Of a stretch of DNA of 50,120 nt, positions 11,452-21,790 are shown in pieces. Position 1 is the stretch's first letter. Every line of letters starts with the position of its first letter. The translations under genes and the position numbers were made by a program. The notes under the pieces are model-generated. The model did not search any database. It was not told where the DNA came from and saw only the letters and a list, made by a program, of their open reading frames with translations. This stretch comes from Craspedostauros australis (Eukaryota). Location: positions 1 to 50,120 of the forward strand of contig JALAGF010004159.1 of NCBI GenBank assembly GCA_030167865.1, read 5' to 3'.

Positions 11452-12510
11452 ATGGGCAGCAACAGTGACAGTGACAGCAACAATGATGGCCATGATGGCA
11501 CATTGGAACCACGAGACAAGCGCATCAGGGCTGCACAACGCAGATATCGCGAAGAACGAGAGGAGGCGGACATCATCGACCGCTTCTTCCTGATTGCGAG
11601 GAGTCAGCTGCATGAAGTCGCGGACCTGCTGGAGAATGGCAATCCTCGCAATCCATCTGAGTACAGGCTCGGCACCAAGGAGAAGGAGGAGATCGTTCGC
11701 ATCACTGGAATGGGATTGGTGGAGGGTGTTGCTGCGGGTGTTGCGACCTTTGTGTTGTTGCGGCGTGGTCCTGTCATGATCGGGCGGTATGTGGCTCGCC
11801 GCCGTCAGGGAAGGATGAGTACGCACGGATCCATGAACACCAGAAGCAATGCGCAACATCATTCACAGCAACAAGGCAAGCCCGATTTGGGCGGGACCTC
11901 GTACAAACTCAGCGATCCAAACGCAGGTCCTCATACATCAACTGCGTTCGATCCGTACAAGGTCAACCCCCATTGGCCCAGACCCCGGTCGTTTCTTCTG
12001 CGCGCCGTCTGGTTCTGGTTCGATGCCACCATCAGCCTCATGACGGCGGCGTCTGTGAGCATGCGACTGTCAGGTGCGGAACGCATCAAGACGCAGGTCA
12101 GCGATCTGCCTCTCGTGGAAGGCCATTCGTTGGTGGCGACGACCTTGTGCAAACCTGTGACGCAGGAACTCCAGAGCGTGCATCGTCAGCAGAGCTCCGC
12201 GTATCACAGACTGCGCAAGCGCATGGAGGATGGCGAAGACACACCTGCCGCGTTGTATTTCAGCGGCATCATAGCCTTCGTGGAGAACTGCGAACGCCGC
12301 ACGGCCATGGAGGAGCGTCTGCGATTCTCCAAGGGGCTTGCCGAGGATGCGGAAGTGGAGATCCCGCCGCCGGGCGTGCCACGGGATGAACCGCGGACGC
12401 ATCGGTGGGATCAAGAGATGGGCGATACGGGTATGGATGCAACGCAGGCAGGCGATGATTGGGTGGATCGGCTGACCCAGGATCATGCCTGGGATCAGGA
12501 TTTCAAATGA
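11452..12510 (+). CDS. Uncharacterised 2-TM protein, paralog of 14825-15934
   Basis: 352-aa ORF with two hydrophobic segments and many motifs shared with the 14825 ORF (LRRGPV, LPLVEG.SLV..LC, FVENC.RR.AMEERL, EIPPPGVP). Confidence 0.88.
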   Translation: MGSNSDSDSNNDGHDGTLEPRDKRIRAAQRRYREEREEADIIDRFFLIARSQLHEVADLLENGNPRNPSEYRLGTKEKEEIVRITGMGLVEGVAAGVATFVLLRRGPVMIGRYVARRRQGRMSTHGSMNTRSNAQHHSQQQGKPDLGGTSYKLSDPNAGPHTSTAFDPYKVNPHWPRPRSFLLRAVWFWFDATISLMTAASVSMRLSGAERIKTQVSDLPLVEGHSLVATTLCKPVTQELQSVHRQQSSAYHRLRKRMEDGEDTPAALYFSGIIAFVENCERRTAMEERLRFSKGLAEDAEVEIPPPGVPRDEPRTHRWDQEMGDTGMDATQAGDDWVDRLTQDHAWDQDFK

Positions 12511-12816
12511 GATGTCTCGTTTATTCTGGTTGTGACGATGCTGAGGCTGAGTCTACGTCAGAAGCTGAGTCTGCAATTCAGATTGAGGCGCTGTCGACGA
12601 TGGGAGACTGTGAGCGATGGTGTCGATTGCTCGGTGCGTCTCATTCTCACGCTCTGTTGAGAGGCTTCCGCAACACGAGCACCTGCATGCAGACGAACAG
12701 CTACAATGAATAGTAGCGCACACGGTTAGCAAGCTAGGCGTTCACTGTTTGTCAGAACTGCAGCTGCGAGATTGCGGGAGCACGAAACGGCACGAATGCA
12801 CACTCGACTGCCTTGC

Positions 12817-14331
12817 TCATCGCGTCTTTCTTGCGTTTCCTGTGACAAGGTCGTTCTCTCCGCCCGTTCTCGTACTTCTATCTGTGTTGCCACTCCGTGA
12901 CCGCCGAACATTCCTCGACGACAGTCTTGCGAGCTGTGGTTTCGCTGCTCCAACGCCTTGTCCCTTTGATATTGTCGACGACGACGGCGGTGACGGCGGC
13001 GGCGGCACCAGCGGTGTTGATGATGAGACATCTTCCAATGCGTTAGATCTTTTCCATCTCTGCACCGCCTGATCGTATCTCCACAGCCCGTACGTGCTGA
13101 CAACGAGAATGACTATGGTCAAGTAGGATACCACACCGAAAGATCCAGAAGACCGCGATGCCTCATTCCAATCCTTCCCATGCCAAGGACCAAGCCATCC
13201 GTCCCCGCCCACTGCATGCAGAAACTGATTGGGGCACACCAGACGATCGCATATCTTGATTTTCATCGTGGGAGCCAATCCGCATGACTCCATGGCATCT
13301 TTGCAGAGCACCTTGGCATTTTCGATCGTGTCGGACGTGCAAGAATGAGCATGGGCGGCCTTAGTGAGCCGGAGATGCACCTGGTTGGCATCATCCCCCT
13401 CGCCACCACTACCACGGCCATAATGAGGTTCGAGCAAGAGTGCCACCTCGTGGCAAAGGCTCGCTCCGCCCAGTGCATCACACCAGGTGGTGCCCGGACA
13501 GATCATATCGTGTGGATCAATTTGCTTCACATTGGTGTCCTCGTCTAACGATGAGGCATTGCAGCAATCGTGATCGTGGCAACCGTGTCGATCTTCCATG
13601 TGCTTGTCGAGATAGTACAGGGTGAAGAACGTCTTTCCGCAGTATCCGCACTGGTACCACATCTGCTTTGGCTGATTCTCACCCGACATCATCTTCTCGG
13701 CAAACCGCCTGCGTCGATTCCTCTTCCGTCTTTCTCGAGCCGTTTCGGTCGGAAGTATCTGGGATGTTGGGGTTTGGGCTCGCACCAGGTCCACATGCTC
13801 CTCATCTTGACGATGCATGTCTCGATCCGGATGGAAGATGCAGGATCGAGGATCGATGGGAGCTGGGAGAATGTCGTACAGCAGACTCCACACCGTCGGC
13901 TCTTGAATGTGTTGATCATGATCGACATCATGCCTGCCGATGATGCCGTTGTTGTCGTTATTGTTTGCGTTGATGTTTGTGCTGAAGCCATGCTGGTGGT
14001 GATAGCTATCACGACGCTTCTGCGGCAGCAAAGGATATTGATCCAGTTCCTCGCCATACACAAAGCTGAGCAGCATCCGTTTCAGAACTTCGCGCGCGGC
14101 TCGGCTCAGACGTCGGTCGCATTTACTCGCTGTTGCCACTCGTCTGCTAGTATCAACGGCGCTCATCTTTCCTCACTCTGGTTTGCATCAAGTGCGGGCC
14201 ATGAATGCACCGGCTGATTTTGATAGAGCACAGATACTACTGCGTACGGCGAGTGACAGGGCAGAGTGTTGTGATTCATTATGCCTCAATGATGGCAACG
14301 AGAACAACAAGAACAACGCACTGATAGCCAT
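12817..14331 (-). CDS. Single C2H2-finger, Cys-rich, C-terminally membrane-anchored protein; main exon 14166-12817, tentative signal-peptide exon 14331-14248
   Basis: CGYCGKTFFTLYYLDKHMEDRH finger, CIFHPDRD motif, TM helix (VVSYLTIVILVVSTYGLW). A phase-0 GT-AG intron at 14247-14167 would add MAISALFLLFSLPSL.., which is unconfirmed. Confidence 0.82.
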
Positions 14332-14824
14332 CACACTGATTCGTGATTCATTTTTGGCGCCACGATTGCACTTGTGACAGATTGAGTCACGAATTCGCAA
14401 TCGCAGAATCCAACGCATCAGTAACATCACCAGGATCGTCACAGATACGAGGATCCACAGTTAGAGCCATCATACCGTTCAAAACGATAGCATCGAAGAA
14501 AGGGTGCATTCATGAAAAGAGAAGCGGTACGACTTCTGCGGATACATTGCAAACGCTTCAGCAAGCAGCTGCATCGCTGATCTCTGTCGAAATCAGGAGA
14601 AACGAAGAAAGTGAAGGAGAGTCAAGGTCACGGAGTGGTTCCATTTTGGCTGAGCCAACGCAAGTTAGAGCAACACAGCATCCATTTGAACTGCCTCCAG
14701 CTGCACAAGAATACGACTGGTGCTGCTAGGTCTTATAATAGAATAGTACATTACGGAACGTAATCTCCATCGCAATCTTACGAGTGGACAGAGCTGAAGG
14801 AACGCGAAGCAAAGAAACCCAAAG

Positions 14825-15934
14825 ATGGCCCCATCTCCAGAACGCAATCAGCAGGATGTCGTGCGAGAAAAGATGAAGCACCACCGTGAAGAACGAGCGT
14901 TGGTGGAGCGGTTCAAGAATGTCGCCATTGACAAGCTGCAGCGAATCGGCGAAGAGCAGTCCCTGGGCAACGGAAGCAAGCTCAGCTTCGGAAAGGCCGA
15001 GCTGGAGATCATCAAGAGCTTGAAGGACATGGGATTCAAGGAAGGCTTCGCGGCGACGGTGGTCTCGTTTCTTTTCTTGCGACGCGGTCCCGTGTATCTG
15101 GCGAGGTTCCTGGCGCGTCGCATGGCCAATGCATCATCCGCAACCTCCAACGCACCGCCCCCGATGAAACCGCCCATGTCATCTTCCATGCCACAATCCC
15201 CGTACCGATTGAGCCACCCGCTCAACAACAACCCGTCGTCCAATCCTTTCGAGAAGGCCTCGCTCGACGCCAAGGCCGGTGTCTCCCGCGAATCGCAACG
15301 CAAGAGCAGTCTGCTGGTGCGTGGCATCTGGTTCGCCTTCGATTGCACGCTGAGCGTCATGATGGGCGCGATGGTGAGCATGGCCTACACGGACGTGGAG
15401 AAGACGAAACGGCAGATCGTCGAATTGCCGCTGGTGGAAGGGCGATCGTTGGTGTCGGAGAGTCTGTGCGGTGAGATCGAGGCGGAGCTGCTGAAGTTGA
15501 AGCAGGAGCAGAATCCGGCCTACCTGCGGCTTAGCAAGATCAATGAGGAGGGCAAGCGCGCGACGCCGTTCTCGTCCTACCTGGATGCCATCACGGGATT
15601 CGTGGAGAATTGCCAACGACGACGGGCCATGGAGGAGAGATTGAAGTCGCTGCAAGGATACGACATGGAACATGGTATGTCATCATCAATGAACACAACA
15701 TCAGAGATGTCATCTGGATCAAATTCGTCGCTATCGTTAAACGAACGAAATGAGCCAATTGAGATTCCTCCCCCCGGGGTTCCTCACGACGGTCCTCGCA
15801 TGGTGCTGAATCTGGACGGCACCCTCGAAACGATCGGCGGTTCTGATGCCGAGTTCGATTCCATGAACATGGGTATCAGTATGGGCACGAGTGCGAGTCA
15901 GAGCGATGAGACCGAATGGGACATGACCAAATGA
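14825..15934 (+). CDS. Uncharacterised 2-TM protein, paralog of 11452-12510
   Basis: 369-aa ORF with colinear motif conservation against the 11452 ORF. Confidence 0.88.
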   Translation: MAPSPERNQQDVVREKMKHHREERALVERFKNVAIDKLQRIGEEQSLGNGSKLSFGKAELEIIKSLKDMGFKEGFAATVVSFLFLRRGPVYLARFLARRMANASSATSNAPPPMKPPMSSSMPQSPYRLSHPLNNNPSSNPFEKASLDAKAGVSRESQRKSSLLVRGIWFAFDCTLSVMMGAMVSMAYTDVEKTKRQIVELPLVEGRSLVSESLCGEIEAELLKLKQEQNPAYLRLSKINEEGKRATPFSSYLDAITGFVENCQRRRAMEERLKSLQGYDMEHGMSSSMNTTSEMSSGSNSSLSLNERNEPIEIPPPGVPHDGPRMVLNLDGTLETIGGSDAEFDSMNMGISMGTSASQSDETEWDMTK

Positions 15935-16482
15935 AGTGGCTGCTCTCGGCATTTGAGTACATGGTATAATAAGAAGCACATTGCTCGTACAGACGGTGTC
16001 TGCTCGATCGTTGTTTGCGCATTTGCCACTTCAGGGTATGGCGTGTACATGTGGTACGAGTAGCATGAGGCGAGTTTGCGTTGCTTTCTTCACGGTTGCA
16101 TGTCATAATCATCATCATCATGATGGTGGCCGTAATGGAGATGCTGCAGAGCGCGCTTGTAGGTATGCCTGCATGGCCGTGCGGGCGTTGACGCACACGA
16201 TATACATCGTTCTCTTGTAGTATACAAAACGAGAACTTTTGAGCACTTGATGCATTTCGTTGCAGGCTGATCTCAAGATGGGTTGAGCACAAGATGTGCC
16301 GATGGGCTTGTGACCACTGCTGCCACTGCCTGTGCTGCGTCGAATTGAATCGAAAGGCAAGTTCACTTGTGTATTCGACACTTGATTTGACTTGATGTCA
16401 GCACCAACGCCGACACCAACTCCGATGTTGCATTTCACGGCAAAAGGTCTCCACTCTACTCCAACTAATATCATCGTTCCAT

Positions 16483-16827
16483 TCATGTGGATGCGACCAT
16501 CGAAGTGCCTGCCCTGTAGGCTTCCTCTCTGACACTCTCCGTCAGCGAAAAGAGATGAAACCAATTCAGCGACTGGCTGACTGCTCGGAATGCCTCAAAC
16601 CAGAACAGCGTTTCCCATAACGCGTCTTGCGTGGATCCTGGGACTGGTTCGCGGGGGTCATCTGCATGTCTAATCCGGGCGTTGCTGTTTCTGTGCATAA
16701 CGAATTGCTGCGCTCTGTTTGGACCATCATGCTCCTGCAGCATTGCTTGATCTTGTGACAGACGATGTTGAAGCAACTGCCTGTGCCTTGGGATGTGCTG
16801 ATTGACTCTGCGCGCTGAATGCATCAT
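16483..16827 (-). CDS. Possible small hypothetical protein (114 aa)
   Basis: ACC-ATG start at 16827 inside a longer open frame and an aromatic helix LWETLFWFEAFRAVSQSLNWFHLF. No family recognised. Confidence 0.3.
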   Translation of the reverse strand: MMHSARRVNQHIPRHRQLLQHRLSQDQAMLQEHDGPNRAQQFVMHRNSNARIRHADDPREPVPGSTQDALWETLFWFEAFRAVSQSLNWFHLFSLTESVREEAYRAGTSMVAST

Positions 16828-17695
16828 GGTTGCGCTGCTTCTGAATGCTCGTCGTGCGGCTGCTGGAGAGGTGTTGAATTGATGAATGAGCACAAATGGA
16901 TGGCTGACGGAAGCAGAAGCCTGAATGCTGGAGATCGTTGTGTTCCTCGAATGGATGTTGGATGAGTTGACTCTGCTCTTGTTCTCCTCGTTCTCCTGGC
17001 AGCTCTCCTGGCAGCTCTCAACCTGTGGTATGCAACTGTGTGATCGTTGCGTGTCTGTTTGTGTGTCTGTTCGTGTGCGAGTGAGTGATGGTTGGGCAAT
17101 ATTATGAGTGCGGTGTCGTGCTGGTGGCTCGTACTTGTTGGATTGTGATCTCTTCCATTCAGAGGTGTCAGCGTTGGTGCTGATGTTGGTGGTGGCAACG
17201 CAAGAGGAGAGGTCGCTCTTCGCTTCCTGTGTTTGCAAGTTCAAAATTCTGTGACGCTTCGTCTTCCGAGTGTTCGGAATTTTGAAACACCAATGGCCGA
17301 AGATTTGTGGGAAGAAGGCAGCTTGTGCAACCGCGCCGGCGCATGTCGGCTTCTTTGCCATTGGTTGGGCTGAAAGCGTGTGGGTCGTGCGTGATAACCG
17401 TTCTCGTTTGTCGGAGTTGATTTCGCGCCATTTTCGTATTTGGTCCGATGAGTCGTTCTCTGCATCCGGATCACAAAACAATCACGATCGTGTGCAAGAG
17501 CCAATCAAGTTGATAGTGTTCAACAAGGTGCTGGTGGCAACCGAAACCAATCACAAGGAATCACAAGCAAACGGAAGAAGAGGCAAGAGCAGCGCCGTAC
17601 TCGTCGTGCTGAAGCAACTCCAAGACACACTTACAGTACATCAACCGCTGTTGCACCAATTGTTGTCGTTGCATCAATGGAGACGGACGCTCAAC

Positions 17696-19084
17696 ATGGA
17701 CGAAACGCTGGAGTCGGGGAGATACCGCATCAGAGTCGTGACCAGCGATGCGAGAGATGTTGAGTTCGACCCTTGCGACGGTGAGATCGAGCTGCTGGCA
17801 GATGGATCCGTGACTGGCCAGATCACCGACGGTCCCATCGTGGAGGGCAGATGGCAAGGCGAGGAGGTCAACTTCGTGCTGCTCTACAACGCCACGATCC
17901 CCTACAGGTACATCTTCAATCCCATCTCGCAGGCGCCCGGAACGTGGCGATTGGACATCGGCGGGTCGCGTGCTGATCACAAAGCCTCGGGACCGTTGCC
18001 GGATGAGCACGGAACCTTCGAGCTGTTGGATTGGATGTGCATCGAAACGTCGGCGCAGAGGGCGCAGAAGGACATGGCCGAGCTGGAGGGCAACACGGCA
18101 TGTCACGTCAAGCACGTGTCATCGGTGCCTGTCCCGTGCGCCGTGTGCGGCTGCGACGACGGCACATCGCGGCTGGCCTTCTTCGAGATGACGATTCCCA
18201 ACTTCGGCACGGCGGAGCTGTCGTCCTTCAGCTGCGGTGGCTGTCACTACAAGACCAGCAAGCTGCGCACGACGGAAAGACCCAAGGGGTTCGGTGTGAT
18301 CATTCGGATGGTGGTCGATCGGGCGTCCCTGCTGGACAAGACGGTTGTGCTGACCGACAGCGCCGTCGTCAAGTGCCCGGAGCTCGACACGCAGATCAGC
18401 AACGGGACGGGCCGATACACGACCGTGGAGGGGATTCTGAGGGGATGCGCCACCGTTCTGAAGACCACGAGCATGGCCATGGATGATGCCGAGGGCGGAT
18501 CTGTGGATGCCTTCCTCACCCGCATCGACGAGCTGATCGCGGGGGTGAGGGATGGTTCGCAGACCTTCAAGGTTGAGATTGACGATCCTGTCGGTCTCTC
18601 CTTCATCGATGGGGCAGACGTCGTGACGTACGAACGATCCGCTGAGCAGGATGAGGAACTGGGGTTGACGCAGGCGATGGCCATGCTGTCCACGGATGCT
18701 AATGGTGTATCGGTGGATGACGCAGAGAGACCGTCACAAATACCGCTGCATCTCGCAGGCGGGGCGGTGGCAGTGAGGCCGATATCGAAGGCGGCATCTG
18801 ATGAAACGAAGAACCTGATGAAGGCTTGCGAAGCTGTGGCTGCGGAGTTCACGAAGGTGTACGAACCGGCGAATGAGGATGGAAATGAGAATGGAGATGT
18901 GGATGTGGATGGTGCCAACGATGGTGCCAACGAAGAAATTGATCGGGGCAGCAATGGCGACGCTGGCGATGGTGACATTGATAGCAAGAGGGGTACAGAT
19001 AGAGAAGCAGGAGACGGACCAGATGTACAATCGGAATCAGAAGACGAAGCGGAACAAGTTTCGGAGATGGATGGATGCGATTAG
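17696..19084 (+). CDS. ZPR1-like zinc finger protein (single ZnF + A/B module) with an unknown N-terminal domain
   Basis: CAVCG..TIPNFG..SFSCGGCHYKTS finger, then VKCPELD, GRYTTVEGIL and IDDPVGLSFI..YERSAEQDEELGL, all ZPR1 hallmarks. First ATG at 17696; acidic tail. Confidence 0.88.
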   Translation: MDETLESGRYRIRVVTSDARDVEFDPCDGEIELLADGSVTGQITDGPIVEGRWQGEEVNFVLLYNATIPYRYIFNPISQAPGTWRLDIGGSRADHKASGPLPDEHGTFELLDWMCIETSAQRAQKDMAELEGNTACHVKHVSSVPVPCAVCGCDDGTSRLAFFEMTIPNFGTAELSSFSCGGCHYKTSKLRTTERPKGFGVIIRMVVDRASLLDKTVVLTDSAVVKCPELDTQISNGTGRYTTVEGILRGCATVLKTTSMAMDDAEGGSVDAFLTRIDELIAGVRDGSQTFKVEIDDPVGLSFIDGADVVTYERSAEQDEELGLTQAMAMLSTDANGVSVDDAERPSQIPLHLAGGAVAVRPISKAASDETKNLMKACEAVAAEFTKVYEPANEDGNENGDVDVDGANDGANEEIDRGSNGDAGDGDIDSKRGTDREAGDGPDVQSESEDEAEQVSEMDGCD

Positions 19085-19675
19085 GCACTCTCGTGGTCGT
19101 ACTCGCACTCCACATGAGAATGAAAAGGGCACGGTAGGATAGGGCGAGCGTCTGACTAAACGCAGAGATAGTATCAATGCGAGCACATCGCTTGTGGCAT
19201 GATTCAGCTGAGAAGGAAGCCTTGGGTCAGTTCACCTTGTTGCACCCATGAAGATGAGGGTCCGTGTATTGGATAGAAGTCTCAAATCAACAGAGTACGA
19301 CCTGGAGTAGCATTATCCCCCACTCCAAATAGAAGGATAACAGTTGCAGCAGTAGGTCGTATGCGATGTATTGGTATGAATGGATGCTGCTCGTGACCCT
19401 CTTGGCTACTACAGGTTCGACAGACATCAAGTGAAGAATCGGAGGCGGGAGCCTGCACGCCGGACAGACGGCCTGCGAATTGGATCTTTGGTCGCCAACG
19501 ACAACGACAACGACAACCCAAACGTGCGCTTCACAACCACAATTTCAATCACCATCATCATCATCACATTCAAGGAACCAGGCAAACGGTCTTGAAGAGC
19601 ATCCTGTCCCGAATCAAGCTATCATTCACAACAGAAGCAAGCAACAGAAGCAAGCAATAAGAGCGACCAACGACG

Positions 19676-21790
19676 ATGCCGACGCCAAGCTGGTTCCCGT
19701 TGATCAAGCCGCAGGTTTCCGCGGTAATCCTTGCGGGTAGCGCAGGAACGAGGATGTTCCCCATCTCTTCCAACGAGCTTCCCAAGCATCTGCTTCCCAT
19801 CGGGGGCATCCCCTCGATTGTTCGGTTGATGAGCAACCTCTCCGCCTTCCCTGAGATCGTCGTTGCCATTGCGACCGATGATCAGCGCACGGTGGAAGTC
19901 CTGTCGCAGACGGCGGGCCTCAAGATCATTCCGAATGGCGATGCGGATGCCAAGGAGGGATCGGCTTCCACAGAAGCAAAGACGGACGTGGATGCGGATG
20001 CGGATCAGCAAGAACCGCAGCAAACGAGTTGGACGTTTCAGAAGGAAAATCAGGACCAGAAGATCCGCCTCATCCGGTTGGCTGACGATTGCTTCGGATC
20101 CGTCGATGCCCTGCGCTATTTGGAGAATCAGAAGGCGATTGCGGATGGATCGCACATCGTGGTCTTTCCAGGTGATCTCGTCTTGCTGGACACGGCTGTG
20201 TTGGAGCCATTGATTCAGATCAATGACAAGGCGGGGTGCCATGTGGTGCTCGTGGATGTTGGCGAGCAGGATGAGCATGGAATACCTCTCAAGGAATCAT
20301 CAAAAGTGAGTCGCTGGTTGCGCATCTTGTGTCTCCAAGTGCAGCATTTTATTGCAGTTCGGCACAAGCACAACTGTTCACTGGTCCATGCTCTCCAGGA
20401 GTGTGTGGTGTCTTTGTGATGCGGTGCTTATGATGCAATGGTCGTGGGGATGTGCATGGCTATGCTGATGAAAACCATCATCGTGTGTACACATGCGAGT
20501 ATACCTGTGAATGTATCCACGCAATGATGTCTGCTCACAGCGCATATCGGAACAGAACATCTGCGTCTGGTGAATGAGTGATGAATGAAAGCGACCACTA
20601 TTTTGGTGCAAAGACGCAAAAATGCGGCGACCGTCACAATGTCAGAAGGTTGATCGATGGCCAAACCGACAAGATGCCGTACATCATTGTGCCGTCCTTT
20701 CTTGCCATATGGTGTTGTGAGAACTCCTATCTACGTATACTCCTTCTCTTTCTACATCTGACAAATGTACGCATGCCAACGTACTTTTCAACCCTCACGT
20801 ATCTGTCTACTACTTGTGCATCCGCCACATGCTTGCATGGTGTCACTCTTTCTACACATTGAATCTTCGCAACGATCGCAGTCCAAGAAGGGAGGACTCG
20901 CGAGAGAGGAAGACGACATTGATTACATCGCGTTGTCGTACCACAATGCGGCGATGGGAGCATCAGCATCTGATCTGCCTCATCTGGTTTGGAAGCAAGC
21001 CAAGATCGACGTCGAGGCTGACGAAGACATGACGGGCAACTCGGCCAAGGTGGAGCTGTACAAATCACGCATCCGCGGTGGCAAGCTCGTGGTGCGGAAG
21101 GACTGGAATGATGTGCACGTCTATTCATTCGCACCTTGGATTCGCAAGCTGTATCAGCTCAGGACCAACCTCGTCACCATCCAAGGCGATTTGTTGCCGC
21201 TGCTCATCTCGCGCCAATTCAAAGGTCGGAAGGCCGCCCTCGGTTCATTCGCCAACACTGTTGGCGACGTTGACGACGACGATGCGGCGGACAAAGACAG
21301 CGACGCCGGGCAATCCAAATCGCGCCGCCTGGATGCTGATCTCATGGTCGAGGAACCCTTCCACGTGTCTGCCATCGTCGTCCCCAACAAGACAGCCCTG
21401 CGCTCCAACACAATCTCCGCCTACCTGTATGCCTGCAAGGAAGTCGTGGCGAAGGGAAGCTCGCTGACAATGCCGAAGGACGCCAAGTGGAACGGCAAGT
21501 TCCAAACCCTCGTGCTTCCCGGCACCACTCTGGCATCGAAGCTCACGATGCGAGCGAGTACCATCGGTGCCAAATGCCAAGTGGGTGCCAAGTGCCGTCT
21601 CAACGGCGTGGTAGTCATGGACAATGTCACCATCGGCGAGAATTGCTCGTTGCAGAATACGGTCATCGCAAGCGGAGCGGTGCTTGGCAATAATTGCAGC
21701 CTCAGCGATTGCCAGGTCGGTCCCAAGCGAACCATCGACGCGCAGACCAAGGAGAAGGGTGAGGCCTTCGTCGCTGAGCTTCAGGACTGA
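19676..21790 (+). CDS. EIF2B3: Translation initiation factor eIF2B gamma subunit; exons 19676-20305, 20882-21790
   Basis: AVILAGSAGTRMFP..LPKHLLPIGG nucleotidyltransferase-like N-terminus, DVHVYSF, IQGDLLPLL, and C-terminal hexapeptide repeats. Phase-0 GT-AG intron 20306-20881. Confidence 0.87.

Noticed and set aside
17270..17695. N-terminal extension of the ZPR1-like ORF
   Set aside because: It starts at GTG with no Met until 17696 and reads like promoter or 5' UTR.
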